A DNA stretch of 32,000 bases from NCBI RefSeq assembly GCF_025273655.1, contig NZ_CP045921.1:240001-272000 (forward strand), written 5' to 3'. Below are positions 24,853 to 32,000 of the stretch, piece after piece. A program made the translations under genes and the position numbers. Source of the DNA: Candidatus Saccharimonadota bacterium (GTDB lineage: Bacteria; Patescibacteriota; Saccharimonadia; Saccharimonadales; Saccharimonadaceae). Each line of letters opens with the position of its first letter. Positions within the stretch are counted from its first letter, which is position 1. The notes under the pieces were generated by a model, which worked only from the letters and a program-made list of their open reading frames with translations, did not search any database and was not told the DNA's origin.

Positions 24853-24895
24853 ATTACTAAAAACCTCCGCTGACTATGCGGAGGTTTTTAGTAAT
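24853..24895. terminator. Bidirectional intrinsic terminator between parB (+) and lepB (-)
   Basis: ATTACTAAAAACCTCCGC (24853-24870) pairs perfectly over 18 bp with GCGGAGGTTTTTAGTAAT (24878-24895). A/T runs flank the stem on both strands. Confidence 0.85.
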
Positions 24896-24910
24896 GTGAG
24901 AGGGCTTATG

Positions 24911-25519
24911 CTAAAATGTGCGAATTTTGTCGAGCGGCCAGATACGGAGACTGACAGGACCAACAACATCATAGTAGGGGATAGTACCGAGGCCACTGCG
25001 TGAATCGAGCGAGAAGTTGCCCTGGCGATGGTCGCCTGATACGAACAATGTGCCGTCAGGAACCGTTTCATCGACATCGCCACTTGTGGGCTGGCCTGGT
25101 TCGCCGTGATTGGCGTCATCTGGATTGAAGCCAGCCGGGTGGCCAGCGTTATAGACGGTGATCTTGCCGTCTTTGACGACTACGCGTTCACCTGGGAATC
25201 CAATAACTCTTTTAACGATGTATTCGTCGGGGCTCCCTATGGTGTAGTTGGGGTTTTTGAATACTATGATCTGGCCACGGTTTGGTACATACTCCTTGTT
25301 TTGGAGTTGGGCACCAGTGACGGGGAGGCGATTGACAATCAGGCGATCACCGGTATACATCGTCGTTTCCATGCTGGGTCCGACGACAGAAAAAGTACGA
25401 AATATAAACGTATTGATGAAAAGCGTGCCGGCTGCTACGCAGACGACGAAGACAATGAGACCGAGTACATCACGGAGACCCTGATGTCGTTGTAGAAAAC
25501 TTGTATTCACTGCTCCCAC
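24911..25519 (-). CDS. lepB: Signal peptidase I
   Basis: After an N-terminal TM helix comes the catalytic Ser box VVGPSMETTMYTGDRLIV. The Lys box region VKRVIGFPGERV and the GDHRQGNFSLDSR box are also present. An alternative leaderless GTG start at 25510 (-10 TATAGT, complement of 25518-25523) is at least as likely as the GTG at 25519. Confidence 0.9.
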   Translation of the reverse strand: MGAVNTSFLQRHQGLRDVLGLIVFVVCVAAGTLFINTFIFRTFSVVGPSMETTMYTGDRLIVNRLPVTGAQLQNKEYVPNRGQIIVFKNPNYTIGSPDEYIVKRVIGFPGERVVVKDGKITVYNAGHPAGFNPDDANHGEPGQPTSGDVDETVPDGTLFVSGDHRQGNFSLDSRSGLGTIPYYDVVGPVSLRIWPLDKIRTF

Positions 25520-25614
25520 TATACATGAGCGCTCGTAGAAAAGCTATGCAGGTTTTCTTAAGCATTTTGGGGTTTCACACGAGGGGTAAGTCGGGTATTA
25601 TAGGTGGAGAATTT

Positions 25615-27219
25615 ATGAGTAAACCAAAACACTCTGTTGATGGATTTGTGCCACGAAATCGTGGTCGCACAGTGGGAGCTACGCCAGTTCAAACACCGGC
25701 TAATCCTAAGTTGCCACAGGTCAAAGATCATGCACCGACACCTGGTATCGAAGCGGATGCTCGTCCGCGAGTAGGCGTGAGTCGCAGTGAGATTGACGAT
25801 TCACTAAAGCAGATCGACGAGCCGGAGCGTGACGTCAAGGGCCGTGTCAAAAAAACACCCGAGCAAAAGGCGAAACGCAAAAAAATTATCAAGCGTGTGT
25901 TGATTGCGCTACTTATAGTTATTTTGGCGGTTGCTGGATATGTGGGCGTGAAAGCCTACATGGCTGGTAGTAAAGCGTTTAAGGGCAATATCTTTGACTT
26001 CGTACAGAAAGCACCACTCAAGATGGATGAAAACGGTCGATCGAATATCTTGGTCGTCGGTACATCGGAAGACGATGAAGGGGGCGAACATCCTGGTGGT
26101 AATCTAACAGACTCTATCATGGTACTCAGTATCGATCAAAATAAGAAGAACGCCTACATGGTGAGTATGCCGCGTGATATGTGGGTCAAGCTCGACGAGG
26201 CCTGCGATGTGGGCTACGAGGCGAAAATCAACACGGTCTATATGTGTGGCTCCGAAAACGGCAAAAACGAAGCAGCTGGCATGGCAGCCTTGCAGAAAAA
26301 GGTCGGTGAAGTGTTCGGTATGGACTTGCAGTACTATGTGCACGTCAATAACACCGTAGTGCGCGACGCTGTCGACGCTGTAGGTGGTATAACTGTGACG
26401 ATCGAAAGCGAAGATCCACGGGGCATTTATGACCCGAACTTCGACTGGCAGTGTGGGCATAAGTGTCATATGGTGGACTACAAAAATGGACAAGTGGCGC
26501 AGATGGACGGTGCACACGCACTAGCGTTTGCCCGTGCGCGCAATGCGCAGGGTGGCTACGGTTTGCCAAATGGCAACTTCGATCGCGAGAAAAACCAGCA
26601 AAAAGTTCTCCGCGCAATCCAGGAAAAGGCGATTAGCGCAGGCACGCTGACAAATGTCGGCAAGGTGACGGCGCTGATGGATGCATTTGGGAATAATCTC
26701 CGTACTAATTTCGAGGTTAAAGAGATTCGTACGCTGGCAGATCTCGGCCAGGTAGTAAAGGGTGACAAGCTACAGTCGATTAGCCTCACAAAAGAAGGTG
26801 AAATGGTACTGACGACGGGTAATGTGAGCGGACAAAGTGTCGTTAAGCCGCTGGACGGTCTCTATGATTACAGCGGCGTACAAAAATACATCCAGAAACA
26901 GATCAACAGCGACGATGTCACGAAAGAGGCGGCCGAAGTGGCAGTGCTCAACGGCTCTGGTATCGCTGGCGCAGCACAAGTGGAGGCCGATAAGCTTGAA
27001 AGTAAAGGCTTTACTCTGGGCGCGGTAGACAACGCACCTGCTGGCGACTATGGCAAAGTCAAGATATACCAGATCGGTGATGGTAACGCCGCCACCAAAG
27101 CTCGCCTGCAAAAAATCTACGGTGTCAAGGTCACCGCCGGTGATCCACCAGCACTAGTGGGTGCCGAGACCAAGTTTGTAGTGGTCGTTGGTACAATCGC
27201 ACAGAGTCAATCTCAGTAA
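25615..27219 (+). CDS. LytR-CpsA-Psr (LCP) family cell-wall glycopolymer transferase with LytR_C-like C-terminal domain
   Basis: I prefer the internal ATG at 25615, with a GGTGGAG SD 6 nt upstream. The TM helix is VLIALLIVILAVAGYVGV. LCP core motifs are NILVVGTS...NLTDSIMVLSID....AYMVSMPRDMWV and ...ALAFARAR. The C-terminus reads VAVLNGSGIAGAA...LESKGF. Confidence 0.88.
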   Translation: MSKPKHSVDGFVPRNRGRTVGATPVQTPANPKLPQVKDHAPTPGIEADARPRVGVSRSEIDDSLKQIDEPERDVKGRVKKTPEQKAKRKKIIKRVLIALLIVILAVAGYVGVKAYMAGSKAFKGNIFDFVQKAPLKMDENGRSNILVVGTSEDDEGGEHPGGNLTDSIMVLSIDQNKKNAYMVSMPRDMWVKLDEACDVGYEAKINTVYMCGSENGKNEAAGMAALQKKVGEVFGMDLQYYVHVNNTVVRDAVDAVGGITVTIESEDPRGIYDPNFDWQCGHKCHMVDYKNGQVAQMDGAHALAFARARNAQGGYGLPNGNFDREKNQQKVLRAIQEKAISAGTLTNVGKVTALMDAFGNNLRTNFEVKEIRTLADLGQVVKGDKLQSISLTKEGEMVLTTGNVSGQSVVKPLDGLYDYSGVQKYIQKQINSDDVTKEAAEVAVLNGSGIAGAAQVEADKLESKGFTLGAVDNAPAGDYGKVKIYQIGDGNAATKARLQKIYGVKVTAGDPPALVGAETKFVVVVGTIAQSQSQ

Positions 27220-27247
27220 AACTGTGCTACAATAGACCCTAGTAACT

Positions 27248-28033
27248 ATGGAATTTTTGAAGGCATCGAGGCGAAAAAGCCTCCTCAGCGAAGCGCTCCA
27301 TATCGCACTCAACGCAGCACTAGCTGCTGCGATGTTTGCGCTTGTGTCAACAGGTTCGAGCTTTTTGGCACTGGCGCTTGTACTGGTGAGTAAGTGGCGT
27401 ATTTTGGCGGTACGCCCGCGCTACTGGTGGGCGAATATCTTGGCCAACATCGTCGACTTGTCGGTGAGCGTGAGTACTATTGTACTCTTGTACCTGGCCG
27501 GCTCGAGCGCTGAGTACGGTGCAATACTGCAAGTAGTAATTGCGGTGCTATATGCGCTATGGTTGATCGTTGTCAAGCCACGTTCGACTGAGCGCTGGAT
27601 TGTGTATCAAGCAGGTACGAGCTTGTTTTTGGGTGCATGGGCGATTATGGCTCTGTCATATACACTGCCGCAGATTGTGACTGTACTGTCTGTGTTTGTG
27701 ATGGCATACGGTGCAGCACGACACGTGCTAGTGGTACGTGAGGAGGATCAGCCATCACTACTGGCTATGGTGTTTGGCCTATTCATAGCAGAAATCGCCT
27801 GGGTGTCATACCACTGGACGGTAGCCTACGGCGCTACAGTACTTGGTGATCTGAAGCTGTCACAAGCGGCTATCATTATCGGACTAGTTGGTTTTTTGGC
27901 AATACGCCTCTACTCGGTGGCAGTAAGTGGCAAGTCGCTGCGGAGTGTTGATGCGGTGGCGCCAGCTGTATTTGTGGGGCTAGTGATTATGGTGCTCGCA
28001 CTATTCTTTAGTGCTGGCGCTGGTATAATCTAA
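27248..28033 (+). CDS. Polytopic integral membrane protein (about 8 TM), function unknown
   Basis: Hydrophobic helices run throughout the protein. A TACAAT box at 27228-27233 lies 14 nt upstream of the ATG. The gene is wedged between the LCP and HtrA genes on the same strand. Confidence 0.6.
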   Translation: MEFLKASRRKSLLSEALHIALNAALAAAMFALVSTGSSFLALALVLVSKWRILAVRPRYWWANILANIVDLSVSVSTIVLLYLAGSSAEYGAILQVVIAVLYALWLIVVKPRSTERWIVYQAGTSLFLGAWAIMALSYTLPQIVTVLSVFVMAYGAARHVLVVREEDQPSLLAMVFGLFIAEIAWVSYHWTVAYGATVLGDLKLSQAAIIIGLVGFLAIRLYSVAVSGKSLRSVDAVAPAVFVGLVIMVLALFFSAGAGII

Positions 28034-28071
28034 GTCACTTCTCAGAAAATAATACTAGACTAGGGGGTATC

Positions 28072-29370
28072 ATGACCACAAAAACTTCATCGAAATCTAC
28101 AGATACAAGGCCCAAGACAAAAGCAGCCCCCCAAGCGGTGGCACCGCCGCCTGCCGGCAAACCACCTCGCGCGTCGCACAGTAGAATGGGGCAACGAGTT
28201 AGTCTGGTGATCACGGTGTTTGTCGTGGCGTTACTCGGTGGCGGGATCGGCACCTGGACTATGACGCATTTTAGCAATCCACTGAGGGTCATCACACATT
28301 CCCAAAACGACGGCAATATCCTGCGCTCACAGTCGGAGCAGGACATCTCTCAGGTAGTGACGAAGGTTGCGCCAAGTGTGGTCTCTATTTCAACCAATGT
28401 CGAAAACTCACGCGGCCAAGCAGTTGGTCAGGGTGCAGGTACAGGCATAATCGTGAGCAAAGATGGCTATGTGATGACCAATAATCATGTGATAGACGGC
28501 GCAAGTACTGTCTCGATCACGACTTCTGCTGGTGATATCTACGAAAACGTCAAAGTCATCGGTTCAGACCCACTTAACGACGTAGCGTTTCTGAAGATAT
28601 CAGGTGTGAATAACTTGGCGGCTGCAGAATTGGGCGACTCAAGTACGCTCAAAATTGGACAGAGTGTCGTCGCAATTGGTAATTCGCTCGGTGAGTATAA
28701 CAACACGGTTACTAGTGGGATTGTCTCTGGATTGAATCGTCCTGTCACGGCTTCATCTGGTGATGGTAATAGTACCGAATCACTTACGGGTCTTGTGCAG
28801 ACAGATGCAGCAATCAATCCAGGTAACTCTGGTGGTCCGCTCGTCAATAGCGCCGGTCAGGTGGTCGGTATCAATACGGCTGTGGCCAGCGATGCGCAGG
28901 GTATCGGTTTTGCGATTCCTATTAACGCAACCAAAGGCGTACTGGCAAGCGTGATTGAAAACGGCAAGGTAGAACGAGCCTACATAGGTGTGCGCTACGT
29001 CGATATTACCCCAGCTATTGCCAAAGAGAAAAACTTACCTGTCAAGCAAGGTGCACTGGTGAGCGGCGATAATAGCACTGAGGCAGTGGTATCTGGTGGT
29101 CCAGCCGACAAAGCCGGTATCAAAGACGGAGATATCATCACCAAGATCAATAATTCCGTGGTGGGCGAAGAGGGTAGTATTACGACTATCATCGGACAGT
29201 ACAAACCAGGTGACGCTGTTCAGGTGACCTATCTCCGCGACGGCAAAGAACAGGCAACCAAATTGACACTTGCTAAGTACGAGGGTGCATCGCAGACGAC
29301 CACGCAATCACAGAGCACGCAGCAAGACGAAGAGCAATCTATCGATCCACGCAGCCTGTTTGGATTCTAG
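28072..29370 (+). CDS. htrA: HtrA/DegP-family serine protease with PDZ domain, membrane anchored
   Basis: The catalytic triad contexts are TNNHV (His), NDVAFLKI (Asp) and INPGNSGGPLV (Ser). A C-terminal PDZ-like segment reads GPADKAGIKDGDIITKINN. An N-terminal TM helix is present, and an AGGGGG SD lies upstream. Confidence 0.92.
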   Translation: MTTKTSSKSTDTRPKTKAAPQAVAPPPAGKPPRASHSRMGQRVSLVITVFVVALLGGGIGTWTMTHFSNPLRVITHSQNDGNILRSQSEQDISQVVTKVAPSVVSISTNVENSRGQAVGQGAGTGIIVSKDGYVMTNNHVIDGASTVSITTSAGDIYENVKVIGSDPLNDVAFLKISGVNNLAAAELGDSSTLKIGQSVVAIGNSLGEYNNTVTSGIVSGLNRPVTASSGDGNSTESLTGLVQTDAAINPGNSGGPLVNSAGQVVGINTAVASDAQGIGFAIPINATKGVLASVIENGKVERAYIGVRYVDITPAIAKEKNLPVKQGALVSGDNSTEAVVSGGPADKAGIKDGDIITKINNSVVGEEGSITTIIGQYKPGDAVQVTYLRDGKEQATKLTLAKYEGASQTTTQSQSTQQDEEQSIDPRSLFGF

Positions 29371-30182
29371 TCTCGCACGAGTCCAAGCGCATAATCGTGC
29401 GAGCCTATGCCGTTCAGTCCGTATGACTGGGCGGCATCTTGTATAGTAGCGTGCTGTGTGGGATCGGCTTCAAGCAGTGCTATGCCGCCAGGGGTAAGCC
29501 AACGTTCGAGCTGGGGCAGTAGCTGGTAGATGAGCTTGAGTCCACCTTGTGAGGCATAGAGCGCGTGCTGCGGCTCATGCTGCAATTCTGGCGATACGTC
29601 ATTCCACGCTTCGTCGACATATGGCAAATTAGCCACGATATATTCGGCTTGGTATCCCTGGGTGTCGAGTAAATTGTCGCGGCGAGTATGTACGGATGCA
29701 CCGAGTTGCTCGGCGTTGCGAGTGGCTACAGTGAGGGCTTTAGCGTCGATGTCTGTGAGCAGCACATCCAGGTGCGGACGCTCGAGCTTGGCGGTGATAC
29801 CCAGGATGCCAGAGCCGGTGCCGACATCGACCAGCTTCTTGGGAGTGATCTCGTCTCCAGTAAGCTCGAGGAGCCACTCGATTAGAGCTTCAGACTCTGG
29901 ACGGGGCACGAGTACGCTAGGCGTCACACTGAAGCTGCGGCCGTAGAACTCTTTGTGGCCTGTGATGTAGGCGAGTGGTGTGCGTTCCAGGCGCAGGTCG
30001 AGCCGGGCGTTTGCGATGTCGTAGCGGCGCTCGTCAATTTCTTCGTCTAGGTGGGCATGGAGGTAGGTGCGAGGTTTGCGAAGGGTGTGGGCCAATATCA
30101 ATTCAGCATCCAATCGGTTTGATTCAATGCCGATGTCTTTAAGCTGCTTAGTGGCGTCTATAAGCCAGGCGGAGATTGTCAT
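29367..30182 (-). CDS. prmC: Release-factor glutamine N5-methyltransferase PrmC/HemK
   Basis: The SAM-binding motif is LVDVGTGSGILG. The substrate motif reads VANLPYV, which is NLPY in place of the canonical NPPY. The gene lies directly downstream of prfA on the same strand. Confidence 0.88.
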   Translation of the reverse strand: MTISAWLIDATKQLKDIGIESNRLDAELILAHTLRKPRTYLHAHLDEEIDERRYDIANARLDLRLERTPLAYITGHKEFYGRSFSVTPSVLVPRPESEALIEWLLELTGDEITPKKLVDVGTGSGILGITAKLERPHLDVLLTDIDAKALTVATRNAEQLGASVHTRRDNLLDTQGYQAEYIVANLPYVDEAWNDVSPELQHEPQHALYASQGGLKLIYQLLPQLERWLTPGGIALLEADPTQHATIQDAAQSYGLNGIGSHDYALGLVRD

Positions 30183-30245
30183 ATCTGGTATAGTATGGCA
30201 AATATTGCAGAAAATAGCAATTTATGACCTAGTTTTATCTTCATC

Positions 30246-31316
30246 TTACTGTTCGGCGTTTTGAGCCTTCAGCTCGCGCTCGTAAGCCTGAAGCTTTTCG
30301 ACGAGATCGTCGATACGGCCGTCCATCGCCTGAGGAATGCCGGATCGACTGTAGCCAATGCGGTGATCGGTGATGCGGTCTTGGGGAAAGTTGTAAGTGC
30401 GGATCTTCTCGCTGCGGTCGCCGCTGCCGATGAGGCTGCGGCGTTCGGCGGTGGCGCGCGCGTTTTCTTCGTCGATCTTCTGCTGGAGGAGGCGTGAGCG
30501 GAGGACGCTCATGGCTTTTTCTTTGTTCTTAAGTTGCGATTTTTCGTCTTGGTTGGAGACCACGAGGCCAGTTGGTAGGTGAGTGATACGCACGGCACTG
30601 TCGGTGGTGTTAACGCTCTGACCACCGTGACCGCTGGCGCGGAAGATATCGATACGTAGGTCGCCCGGATTTATCTCGATATCTGTCTCTTCGGCTTCTG
30701 GCAGCACGGCGACAGTGACGGTACTCGTGTGGATGCGACCTTGGCTCTCGGTGGCTGGCACGCGTTGGACACGGTGCACGCCACTCTCGAATTTGAGGGT
30801 AGAATACGGAGCACCGCCTTTGATGAGGAATACGACTTCTTTGTAGCCACCGGCGTCGTTGGCGCTCTCACTAATGAGCTCTGTCTTAAGGCCATGTGTC
30901 TCACAAAATCGCAAATACATGCGATAAAGCTCAGCCGCGAAGAGACTCGCTTCATCGCCCCCAGCGCCTGCGCGGATCTCCATGATAACGTTTTTGTCGT
31001 CGTTCGGATCTTTGGGTGTGAGCATGATGAACAGGTCCTCTTCGAGCTTGGTAAGTTCGGCTTCGGAGTCGATGATGTCCTGCTTGGCAAGCTCAGCTAG
31101 TTCGTCGCCACCTCCGGCGAGTTCACGAGCTTCGGCAATATTCTGTGTTAGCTGCTCGCGTTTGTGTGCGAGGGCTATGAGCGATTCGAGTTCAGAGAAG
31201 CGCTTATTTTTGACTGTGAATTGCGAATCGGCATAGGCATCTGGGCTTGAAAGGAATTGCTTGAGTACTTCGTACTCAGTTTTGAGCTCAGCAAGGTTGA
31301 GTGAAATTTTGGCCAT
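30246..31316 (-). CDS. prfA: Peptide chain release factor 1
   Basis: The GGQ motif is in the context [23 protein letters not shown]. The RF1-type tripeptide PAT appears in [27 protein letters not shown] box lies 9 nt before the ATG. Confidence 0.96.
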   Translation of the reverse strand: MAKISLNLAELKTEYEVLKQFLSSPDAYADSQFTVKNKRFSELESLIALAHKREQLTQNIAEARELAGGGDELAELAKQDIIDSEAELTKLEEDLFIMLTPKDPNDDKNVIMEIRAGAGGDEASLFAAELYRMYLRFCETHGLKTELISESANDAGGYKEVVFLIKGGAPYSTLKFESGVHRVQRVPATESQGRIHTSTVTVAVLPEAEETDIEINPGDLRIDIFRASGHGGQSVNTTDSAVRITHLPTGLVVSNQDEKSQLKNKEKAMSVLRSRLLQQKIDEENARATAERRSLIGSGDRSEKIRTYNFPQDRITDHRIGYSRSGIPQAMDGRIDDLVEKLQAYERELKAQNAEQ

Positions 31317-31406
31317 AGTAATGTTATTATAACAGATTGGAGAGAGGTATATAAAGCAATTGACAGCTTGTTTGAATCAGTATATATATTGGTCAAGGAG
31401 AATTGC

Positions 31407-31922
31407 ATGAAAATCAGAGAATCATGGACCGGTGAACATAGCAAAAGTCAGTATGGATTTGTCGTATCGATGGCTGCGGCATGCGCGATCACGGGAGCGT
31501 GTAGCGGACAAAATGAAGTGAGCGCAAGCGAGAGCTTGTTCGATGAAAGCTGCCATACTGTCTGGGTGACTCAAGGAACTAGTGACCCATATACAAATAT
31601 CAAGGTCTATCCCTCTGACCTCCAAGGAGATGAAGGTGCAGAGGCACTCAAGGGTCGTATGCAGGCATTTTTCATGCCCGATAGAACAGGAAGCCTCGAA
31701 AATCGAGAGCGTAACCTAAGCCCTGAGGTGCTAGATGCTTTTGTGGTAAGTGTACGCCACGTGATGGAAGCAAGTACGACAGATAGATTACCCATGGTCA
31801 ATGCGCTGACGTATTCTGACACGGGCAAGGCGCATAGCGGCGCGCATAGTGACGACAAGATGTGTGCAGTGAATGCCGACCGATTTCCTATCTCGAGTAT
31901 TTACGATTTTTCGAGCTACTAA
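31407..31922 (+). CDS. Hypothetical secreted protein, possible lipoprotein
   Basis: I prefer the internal ATG at 31407, with an AAGGAG SD 7 nt upstream. The N-terminus ...GFVVSMAAACAITGAC-SGQNE resembles a lipoprotein signal with an imperfect lipobox. I recognised no family. Confidence 0.5.
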   Translation: MKIRESWTGEHSKSQYGFVVSMAAACAITGACSGQNEVSASESLFDESCHTVWVTQGTSDPYTNIKVYPSDLQGDEGAEALKGRMQAFFMPDRTGSLENRERNLSPEVLDAFVVSVRHVMEASTTDRLPMVNALTYSDTGKAHSGAHSDDKMCAVNADRFPISSIYDFSSY

Positions 31923-31942
31923 CGCCAGTTGAGATATATCTA

Positions 31943-31979
31943 CACAAAATACCGCTCTCTGGGAGGGCGGTATTTTGTG
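31943..31979 (+). terminator. Probable terminator hairpin
   Basis: CACAAAATACCGC (31943-31955) pairs perfectly over 13 bp with GCGGTATTTTGTG (31967-31979). The U-rich stretch lies inside the 3' arm rather than after it. Confidence 0.6.
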
Positions 31980-32000
31980 ATATTGTTGTCGCATTAGGCG

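Noticed and set aside
23139-24910. I looked for a parS site (TGTTNCACGTGAAACA) near parAB and elsewhere in the window.
   Set aside because: CACGTG cores occur (for example near 861, 14452, 21430, 27721 and 31758), but none is flanked by GTTT/AAAC half-sites. No parS can be claimed from this window.
31343-31392. Two AT-rich TATATA-centred elements about 32 bp apart in the prfA / lipoprotein-gene divergent region. The spacing resembles tandem NrdR boxes.
   Set aside because: The flanks do not match the acaCwAtATaTwGtgt consensus (CAG/TGG and AGG/AAG instead of CAC/GTG). The region is simply an AT-rich double promoter, and the neighbouring genes are unrelated to nucleotide reduction.
1-32000. 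I scanned for CRISPR repeats, tRNA/rRNA genes, transposase or integrase genes and long direct or inverted terminal repeats.
   Set aside because: I saw no repeat-spacer periodicity, no intergenic gap with a tRNA-like cloverleaf, and no ORF with recombinase, transposase or phage hallmarks. The largest non-coding gaps are explained by a leader (5080-5308) and by promoters and terminators.

Overview
This is a gene-dense, mid-GC (by eye) bacterial chromosomal window with very short intergenic spacers. I saw no rRNA, tRNA, CRISPR array or recognisable mobile element.

Housekeeping genes, in order:
- murI (partial, minus strand), ftsA, ftsZ
- an NrdR-like regulator, a small redoxin-fold ORF, a VKOR-family oxidoreductase and a DUF1295-type membrane protein
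- a structured ileS leader followed by ileS
- galU-like, rplU, parA-parB
- lepB (minus strand), an LCP (LytR-CpsA-Psr) enzyme, a polytopic membrane protein, an HtrA protease
- prmC and prfA (minus strand)

Two accessory-looking blocks sit between these genes.
1. 8.2-15.3 kb: a 1437-aa surface protein (lamin-tail domain, parallel beta-helix, FN3/Ig-like modules), a membrane-tethered CAP/SCP-domain protein, a small acidic ORF, a zincin-type metallopeptidase, and a 349-aa surface protein. The 349-aa protein shares a distinctive Trp-rich C-terminal anchor and an upstream ES(N/D)VKGAA motif with the giant protein.
2. 16.2-21.3 kb: two low-complexity proteins with duplicated core promoters and identical MSE starts (528 and 605 aa), and an LPXTG/DUF11-type wall protein that is operonic with the second of them.

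The Gram-positive-type envelope toolkit (LPXTG, LCP, VKOR), the reduced operon structure and the giant surface protein fit a reduced-genome Gram-positive-like lineage such as Candidatus Saccharibacteria. That taxonomic guess is inference only.

Most notable observations:
- Roughly ten genes appear leaderless, with a TGnTATACT(AG)-type -10 box 6-9 nt from the start codon.
- The NrdR homolog has lost all four zinc-ribbon cysteines. It is translationally coupled to a CXXC-less redoxin-fold ORF and a VKOR.
- The ileS attenuator contains a T-box-like UGGUACCG bulge.
- The two surface proteins share a candidate C-terminal sorting module.

All functional calls rest on motif recognition by eye. I ran no database search.
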